Position numbers and translations under genes: made by a program. 64,000 nucleotides of DNA from Candidatus Woesearchaeota archaeon (lineage in GTDB: Archaea; Nanobdellota; Nanobdellia; Woesearchaeales; GW2011-AR15), in the NCBI GenBank assembly GCA_016928835.1, contig JAFGJW010000001.1, positions 86,306-150,305 on the forward strand. Direction: 5' to 3'. The number at the start of each line of letters is the position of its first letter. Position 1 is the stretch's first letter. Positions 57,933-64,000 of the stretch are shown here, in pieces. The notes under the pieces were generated by a model. That model searched no databases. It saw only the letters and a program-made list of their open reading frames with translations, and was not told the DNA's origin.

Positions 57933-59894
57933 ATGAAAAGGAAATTGTGTTATGGTTTGTTTTTGATAATGTTGCTTTTTGTTGCTTCGTGCAATAATAA
58001 TAAGGACACTGCTGGAGAAGCATTTTCAATTGCCGCAGCTCCTGAAGCAAGAAAATGTACAAGCAATGACCAATGCAAGCTAGGAACTTTTTGTGAATTC
58101 CCGCCAGGACTTTGCGGTGGCAAAGGGGAATGCGTGAGAGTCCCAATAGAATGTTCAGGTGAGGAAGAGCCTGTATGCGGCTGTGACAAATACACTTATC
58201 TGAATGACTGCTATCGAAAAATGCAAAAGATGCCGAAATTATTTGATGGAAGTTGTCAGACGAGTGAATCCCTGAAACTGGAAAAACCTCAAAATAAATA
58301 TAACTTGTTTGATACTTTAAAAGATGTCTGGCCTGAGCAGATTACTAAAAATGAACTGGCTGTCTTGCTTGCAGATGAGCACATTGTCTTGCCAGTTTCT
58401 CCTACAGATATTAGCCCTGGAATACCTAAGGTGGCTATCACACAAAGCCTTCTTTTCCCTCAGACAACAGGTATGTTCACTTTTGAACAGGATGATGGTG
58501 AAAATACTGGTTTTTATCTAAATCTTGATGGAGATTATAAATTATACAATTATAGTTTTTCATTTGCGACACCTGTTGATTATAAGGATGGTACGCCGCT
58601 CTTGGGAGCACCACTTGCATTTCAGCACACAAAATTTATTATAACCGGTGCATATGTTACTCCCGCGCAAAATCTTGACTCAGTCACTCTTGTGGATGGA
58701 CTGGATATATGGCTTTCCCAAATGCAGGACTTTACATACCAAGGCCATGATATTATGGTTGCCAGTGTGGCAAATGGACAATGTGCAGTAAACGTGGATG
58801 GGAATCTTCAATGGATTACAAACTATGAGACGCGGGATTTCAATGGCTATTTGGTGACGCTCCTTGATGTAGAAGATGGGAAACAGAAGAGGTGCTACCT
58901 CGCTTTGGGAGGAAGAGAAATTAGGCTCAGAAATAACCAAGAAGTTGAGATAAACCAATATGAAGTTGACGGCTCACTTGTCACTTTTAGCATGCTTCAG
59001 ACAGGGCGTTGGTCAAAATTATTTCTGACTTATGAACCACAGGATGATATTTACTTACCAACAGGAAGCAGCTTCGTTGATCCAATTTTTGGCGCGTGGA
59101 AGTTAGTGTATCAAGGCCATAATGAAAATGATCAAATTATTGAATTTAGCAGAGAAACAGCTAACAGAGCATTACTATCTTTCAAAGATACTGGTCACAG
59201 CGTTGAAATACCTTATTTCTATGACTTGCAGTCTAATAGTGTAAAGCTTGGCAGGGATAATGATGAGCAGCTGTTGTTGCCAGGGGAATGTCTATCTCAA
59301 GGCACAGGAATTGAAGGCACGATGATGCTTTACACAATAGAACAAGGAGAAAGTCACGTGCTTGAGATTTCAGACATTGACACAGCAAACAACCTTGTGG
59401 ATATTACAGATCTTACTTATGGAGTGACTTATGAGGACAAATCCTTTGTACCAGGTCAAATAACAACAATTGTATTGGGATCACTCGGGCCGCTTAAACT
59501 CTTGTTGAATTCAACTTATTTGTCATTTTATCCAACATATGGCTCAGGACCCATCATATCTGGTGAGTCAATGTGGCTTCAATTTAATGATACAGTGCTC
59601 CGCTTTGATGAGTTAAACGCTTCAGAGGCAGGAGAATCAAGCATTGTAGCGGGACTAAGCTATGATTTAGCTGATTCAAAGATAATAATTGAGCAGCCAG
59701 CACTTGTACCTGGTTCTTTTGCATGGTATGAATCTTATGAAGACAGCGACACAGTAGAAGCAGTGACAAAAAAGGGAACACATCTTGTCTATGATTTAGA
59801 AGAGCAAGGCAGCCTTGTGGTTAACCATGCTCATGATGAAATAACAGCTGAAGTATACCTAGCTAGCATTGACTGGACACCTTCTTTGCCTTAA
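57933..59894 (+). CDS. secreted lipoprotein with N-terminal Cys-rich Kazal/follistatin-like module and large beta-rich domain
   Basis: Signal peptide with lipobox-like LFVASC, then a 10-Cys block including PVCGCDKYTYLNDC (Kazal-like). The remaining approx 550 aa are Thr/Asp/Gly-rich and not Lys-rich. Confidence 0.5.
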   Translation: MKRKLCYGLFLIMLLFVASCNNNKDTAGEAFSIAAAPEARKCTSNDQCKLGTFCEFPPGLCGGKGECVRVPIECSGEEEPVCGCDKYTYLNDCYRKMQKMPKLFDGSCQTSESLKLEKPQNKYNLFDTLKDVWPEQITKNELAVLLADEHIVLPVSPTDISPGIPKVAITQSLLFPQTTGMFTFEQDDGENTGFYLNLDGDYKLYNYSFSFATPVDYKDGTPLLGAPLAFQHTKFIITGAYVTPAQNLDSVTLVDGLDIWLSQMQDFTYQGHDIMVASVANGQCAVNVDGNLQWITNYETRDFNGYLVTLLDVEDGKQKRCYLALGGREIRLRNNQEVEINQYEVDGSLVTFSMLQTGRWSKLFLTYEPQDDIYLPTGSSFVDPIFGAWKLVYQGHNENDQIIEFSRETANRALLSFKDTGHSVEIPYFYDLQSNSVKLGRDNDEQLLLPGECLSQGTGIEGTMMLYTIEQGESHVLEISDIDTANNLVDITDLTYGVTYEDKSFVPGQITTIVLGSLGPLKLLLNSTYLSFYPTYGSGPIISGESMWLQFNDTVLRFDELNASEAGESSIVAGLSYDLADSKIIIEQPALVPGSFAWYESYEDSDTVEAVTKKGTHLVYDLEEQGSLVVNHAHDEITAEVYLASIDWTPSLP

Positions 59895-59929
59895 TTAATT
59901 TTTTATATTCTTCTCTTTTCTCTTTTTTC

Positions 59930-60829
59930 ATGGCAAGAGCATGCGGCAAGATAATCCTTTTTGGAGAGCATTCTGTTGTTTATGGAAAACCTGCAATTGC
60001 TGTTCCTGTCAAAAGTGTTTTCACTGAAGTTAATATTGAAAAGAGCGAATCATTCAAATGTTCAACAACTTATAAGTTAACCGATTCTGAAAAAAACAAT
60101 CTTAAAAAGATAATTGGAATAGTCCTGAAAAAATTAAAGATTAGAAATAAAAACTTTAAATTGAAAATAAATTCAACAATCCCAGTCTCCTCTGGAATGG
60201 GGAGCAGCGCTGCATTATCTGTTTCGATTATCAGAGAAATTTCAGCATTTTTTGGTAATAATCTGAACAATAACCAAATTTCTGAAATAGCATTTGAATG
60301 CGAGAAACAGTTTCATGGAACTCCAAGCGGGATTGACAATAATGTGGTAACCTATGAAAAACCAATTTATTTTATTAAAAATAAGAAACTAGAATTTGTT
60401 AGAGTAAAAAGACCATTCACAATAATAATAGCAGACACTGGAATAAAATCTTCAACTAAGGATATTGTTGCAGATGTTGGGAGAATGTATGAAAAAAACA
60501 GACAGCTTTATGACAGATATTTCAATGAAATGGCTGGTATCGCTGTACAAGCTAAAAAGGCAATTGAAACTGGAGAAATTAATCTGATTGGAAACTTAAT
60601 GAATGAGAACCATGGTCTATTACAAAAAATAAATGTCTCATGCGGAGAACTTGATTTTTTGGTTGGAGTGGCATTAGAAAACGGCGCCCTCGGAGCAAAA
60701 ATGGTCGGCGGCGGCAGGGGAGGGAACATCATAGCACTTGCGGAAAATAACAGAAAAAAATTGATTGAGAACTTGCTGAAAGCACAAGCAGTCAATTGCA
60801 TAACTACAGATATTGGAAAAACACAATAA
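59930..60829 (+). CDS. mvk: mevalonate kinase (GHMP kinase)
   Basis: KIILFGEHSVVYGKPAIAVPV and GHMP motif PVSSGMGSSAA. Confidence 0.8.
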   Translation: MARACGKIILFGEHSVVYGKPAIAVPVKSVFTEVNIEKSESFKCSTTYKLTDSEKNNLKKIIGIVLKKLKIRNKNFKLKINSTIPVSSGMGSSAALSVSIIREISAFFGNNLNNNQISEIAFECEKQFHGTPSGIDNNVVTYEKPIYFIKNKKLEFVRVKRPFTIIIADTGIKSSTKDIVADVGRMYEKNRQLYDRYFNEMAGIAVQAKKAIETGEINLIGNLMNENHGLLQKINVSCGELDFLVGVALENGALGAKMVGGGRGGNIIALAENNRKKLIENLLKAQAVNCITTDIGKTQ

Positions 60830-60831
60830 AA

Positions 60832-61197
60832 TTACGGGACGTTTTTCTTTAATCGTTCCATTAAATCATTAATATCAAATGGTTTTGTTATATAATCAAT
60901 AATGTTAGGCTCTCTGAATAAAACCGCTTTCTCCTCCTCTGAAAACCTGACAGCAGTGACGAGAATTATTTTTAGGTTACCCAATCCCATCTTCTTTAAT
61001 TCATTTAAAATTTGGCTTGTATTCAAACCTGGCATCACTACATCCAGTAGAACAAGATTCGGTTTATGTTTTCTCACACTTCTTAGGAACTCCTCTCCGT
61101 CATATGCCATTGCTGTTTTATATCCAGCCTTCTTAACACTAATCTGCAATGTTTGGATGATATCTTTGTTGTCATCAACTATCATTATCTTTGCCAT
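60832..61197 (-). CDS. single-domain response regulator (CheY-like receiver)
   Basis: IMIVDDNKD...LLDVVMPG...KPF receiver motifs with phospho-acceptor Asp in LLDVVMP. No output domain. Confidence 0.75.
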   Translation of the reverse strand: MAKIMIVDDNKDIIQTLQISVKKAGYKTAMAYDGEEFLRSVRKHKPNLVLLDVVMPGLNTSQILNELKKMGLGNLKIILVTAVRFSEEEKAVLFREPNIIDYITKPFDINDLMERLKKNVP

Positions 61198-61439
61198 TTT
61201 ATATCTCCTTTCCCTATATGTTCTTTTTCTTTAAGTAAAATATAATCCACAACCCAATATTTTTTATAACTTTTACTTTATAAATTTTGTTTGCCACTTA
61301 TTTGTAGAAAATATGAATTTTTTTTAAAAATAGTATGCTCTAAAGTCATTTTTATATCTTTTCTGGTAAATTTTATATTTTTTGGATAAATTCGTTATTT
61401 TGAGATTTAGGTAAATAATAAAAATACAATCGTTTTTCA

Positions 61440-62528
61440 GTGAAAGTAATGAATTTTAAAGCAACTTTAACTGGGTATAAGGAACTTTTTGATAAGGAAC
61501 TAAATACTCTGCTTGAAGAAGAATTAAGCAGATATGAAAATAAAACAGTCAAACAAAATATATCTTTATTAAAAGAATATATCCTACCTGGAGGTAAGCG
61601 CTTAAGGCCAATTGCCGCGATGATGGCGTATAAGGCCTTTTCTAGTAATGAGAAACTAATGATACGCCCTGCCTTATTTATCGAGTTCTTCCATAACTAT
61701 ACTCTGATTTTTGATGATTTGATGGATGAAGATGATTATAGAAGGGGAAGAGAAGGCGTGCAGAAAAAACTAAAAAACATTTTTTTAAGCAATAATAATG
61801 AAAAAAGATATGACGGTGCAATCTTCTCTTTTGCATCAAAAAGATACGCAGCCTCTATCTCAATGCTGCTGGGATTAATTTGCGATACCTTAAGCAGAAG
61901 GGTGATTGTTGAAAATCAATTTCCAGATAATAACAAAATAAAAGCACTAGCTGTTTTAAATGATTTATCTAGGATAGTCGCAGAAGGTCAATTAATGGAT
62001 ATACAAATGGAATCGTTGAAGGAGATTAAGGAAGAAGACTACTTAGAAATGATTCAAAAGAAAACAGCATCTCTTTTTATTTCAGCTATTGAAATAGGAG
62101 CGCTATTTGGAAACGCAGACCCAGAACAAATTAATAGATTGAAAGATTATGCTCTTAATATATCCACTGCGTTTCAGATTCAAGATGATATACTTGATAT
62201 CTCTTCTGAGCTGAAAAAAGGACATGACCTAGGCAGTGATATAAAAAAAGGAAAAAGGACCTTACTTGTCATTAAGGCATTTGAAAGGGCTGATGAACAT
62301 CAAAAGAGGATATTACTTGATATATTAGGTAGAGGCAATGCCACTTCAAGCGAAGTGCTGCAGGTAGTTAAAATTTTTAGTGAAACAGGGGCAAAGGAAT
62401 ATTGCCAAAATCTTGCAGAGGATAAGATTCAAAATGGAAAAGATATGTTAACAAAATTAGATCTAAATCAAGAAAGCAAAGAATTTTTTATGCAATTTGC
62501 AGATTATATGTCCAAAAGAGCACATTAA
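61440..62528 (+). CDS. polyprenyl (geranylgeranyl) diphosphate synthase
   Basis: First and second Asp-rich motifs (FDDLMDEDDYRRG; FQIQDDILD). Confidence 0.8.
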   Translation: MKVMNFKATLTGYKELFDKELNTLLEEELSRYENKTVKQNISLLKEYILPGGKRLRPIAAMMAYKAFSSNEKLMIRPALFIEFFHNYTLIFDDLMDEDDYRRGREGVQKKLKNIFLSNNNEKRYDGAIFSFASKRYAASISMLLGLICDTLSRRVIVENQFPDNNKIKALAVLNDLSRIVAEGQLMDIQMESLKEIKEEDYLEMIQKKTASLFISAIEIGALFGNADPEQINRLKDYALNISTAFQIQDDILDISSELKKGHDLGSDIKKGKRTLLVIKAFERADEHQKRILLDILGRGNATSSEVLQVVKIFSETGAKEYCQNLAEDKIQNGKDMLTKLDLNQESKEFFMQFADYMSKRAH

Positions 62529-62529
62529 G

Positions 62530-63522
62530 ATGACCAACAGAAAAAAAGAACATATTGACATTTGCCTTAATAAGAATGTTGAATATGGAGATACAGGTTT
62601 TGAATATTATAGATTTACGCACAATGCATTACCGGAAGTTAATATGCAAGAGATTGATACTTCTGTCGATTTCTTAGGCAAAAATATTAATGCTCCAATC
62701 ATTATATCTGCAGTTACTTATGACAGAGAACATCAGGAGCTAACCACAAATCTTGCTAAGGCTGCAGAAAAGTTGAAGTTGGTTATGAGCCTTGGTTCTC
62801 AGAGAATCCTAATAGAGCAACCTCAAATGGCTATGGATGAAGACATTAGAAAACACTGCCCAACCATTCCTCTGCTTGCGAATCTTGGAGCAATACAATT
62901 GAACTATGGCTTTTCCGCAAATGAATGCAATAAAATCATTCAAAATGTAAAAGCAGATGCACTAGTGTTGCATTTGAATCCGTTGCAGGAAGCTATTCAA
63001 CCAGAGGGCCAGACTAATTTTAAATATCTACTGTCTAAAATTAAAAAAATTGTGGATAATTTGGATTGTCCTGTCATTGTAAAAGAAGTTGGTTCAGGCA
63101 TTTCTAAAGATGTTGCTTTTAAGCTAAAACAAATTGGTGTCTCTATTATAGATGTTGCAGGCCACGGCGGCACAAACTGGGCATTGATTGAAGGGCACAG
63201 GGCCAATAATAGATTGGGTGAGACATTTAGAGAATGGGGAATACCTACTGTCGAAGCAATCTCCCAGTGTAATGATGTTGACCTGCAATTGATAGCTGGC
63301 GGCGGCATCCGTTCTGGTTTGGATATTGCCAAAGCTATTGCTCTTGGAGCAGATTATGTAAGTATAGCTTTACCTTTGTTGAGACCAGCAACTATTTCAG
63401 AAGGTGAAGTCATTAAAATATTGCAACAATTTATTCATGAACTTAAAATTACAATGTTCTGTATTGGAGCAAAAAATATTAAAGAGCTGCAAAATACCAA
63501 AGCATTGGTAAAAGTAAAATGA
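62530..63522 (+). CDS. fni: isopentenyl-diphosphate delta-isomerase type 2 (FMN-dependent)
   Basis: NRKKEHIDICL N-terminus and TIM-barrel FMN motifs (GSQR, AGHGGTNW, GGIRSG). Start at the ATG just after the GGPPS stop. Confidence 0.85.
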   Translation: MTNRKKEHIDICLNKNVEYGDTGFEYYRFTHNALPEVNMQEIDTSVDFLGKNINAPIIISAVTYDREHQELTTNLAKAAEKLKLVMSLGSQRILIEQPQMAMDEDIRKHCPTIPLLANLGAIQLNYGFSANECNKIIQNVKADALVLHLNPLQEAIQPEGQTNFKYLLSKIKKIVDNLDCPVIVKEVGSGISKDVAFKLKQIGVSIIDVAGHGGTNWALIEGHRANNRLGETFREWGIPTVEAISQCNDVDLQLIAGGGIRSGLDIAKAIALGADYVSIALPLLRPATISEGEVIKILQQFIHELKITMFCIGAKNIKELQNTKALVKVK

Positions 63523-64000
63523 AAAAAATAGTTTCAGCATTAGTCTTTCTGCTTCTATGCTTGAGTGTTAATGCAGGTTACATCTCCCTTTCTACCAAAA
63601 TAGATGCCAATGTGACAGATTCAAGTCTATATATAGAAGTTGCCAATACTAATTACGGAAATGATATTGCTACAAACCTCCTTGTAACTACAATTGTGGG
63701 GGATGACTTTAAGACCGGAAAGGCAAAAGATATGTTGAATCCAGAGGAGAGTTCTACAACCCGAACAAAACATAATATTAAAAGCAAATTGCCAGGCACT
63801 TATCCACTCATAGTATCAGTTGATTATTCTGACATTAATTCGTTTCCTTTTCAGATTCTTACATCAAGTTATTATATCTTTCAAAATGAGAGTATTCCAA
63901 AAATTGCTCTGCAGCTCAGCGGAATACAGCTTGTTGACAAGGGCAACATAAAACTATATATTAGAAATCTTGACACCACAAGTAAGGGCATTACTCTTAG
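63519..64000 (+). CDS. secreted protein, 3'-truncated by the window end
   Basis: ATG overlaps the fni stop (ATGA). Signal peptide MKKIVSALVFLLLCLSVNAG, then a Thr/Ser/Asn-rich beta-type sequence. Confidence 0.4.
   Translation, partial: MKKIVSALVFLLLCLSVNAGYISLSTKIDANVTDSSLYIEVANTNYGNDIATNLLVTTIVGDDFKTGKAKDMLNPEESSTTRTKHNIKSKLPGTYPLIVSVDYSDINSFPFQILTSSYYIFQNESIPKIALQLSGIQLVDKGNIKLYIRNLDTTSKGITL

Noticed and set aside
1-64000. CRISPR arrays, transposases, integrases, prophage remnants
   Set aside because: No direct-repeat/spacer periodicity was seen, and no recombinase-like ORFs appear in the six-frame track. The tRNA-adjacent operon lacks an integrase, so it cannot be called an integrated element.

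Overview
The window is an AT-rich archaeal segment whose proteins are Lys-rich and look DPANN/Nanoarchaeota-like. The evidence for an archaeal origin is a canonical r-protein gene string (uL3-uL4-uL23-uL2-uS19-uL22-uS3-uL29-SUI1-Rpp29-uS17-uL14-uL24-eS4-uL5-uS14-uS8-uL6-eL32-eL19-uL18-uS5-uL30-uL15-SecY) together with Hef, RpoL and an archaeo-eukaryotic primase. From start to end it contains: (1) housekeeping genes (NMD3, TraB, Hef helicase-nuclease, a primase that appears to fuse PriS with the PriL Fe-S C-terminal domain, NAD(P)HX dehydratase). (2) The r-protein/secY operon at about 9.9-23.4 kb. (3) A roughly 20-kb surface-glycan/polysaccharide locus at 25.4-45.4 kb with two paralogous GT4, one GT2, a DegT aminotransferase, an SDR epimerase, a GNAT, a Wzx-like flippase, a nucleotide-sugar dehydrogenase, two methyltransferases, an FAD oxidoreductase, and four radical-SAM enzymes, three of them cobalamin-binding class B. 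(4) An intron-containing tRNA-Asn(GUU) at about 46.3 kb with a GC-rich palindromic element just upstream. (5) A convergent minus-strand operon at 46.4-50.7 kb encoding a class-II-type (CCA/PAP-like) nucleotidyltransferase, an MBL-fold hydrolase, a NodU/CmcH-family carbamoyltransferase and small membrane ORFs, one of which is a 53-aa DUF5989/SxtK-like ORF absent from the ORF track. (6) RpoL, AMMECR1, a LUD-domain protein and an APC permease. (7) A mevalonate/isoprenoid cluster (HMG-CoA synthase, thiolase, DUF35, HMG-CoA reductase, mevalonate kinase, GGPP synthase, IDI-2) interrupted by a Cys-rich, Kazal-like secreted lipoprotein and an orphan response regulator. No CRISPR array, transposase or integrase was seen. 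The most unusual content is the radical-SAM-rich glycan locus and the tRNA-adjacent NTase/MBL/carbamoyltransferase operon. All calls rest on motif recognition by eye, without database searches.
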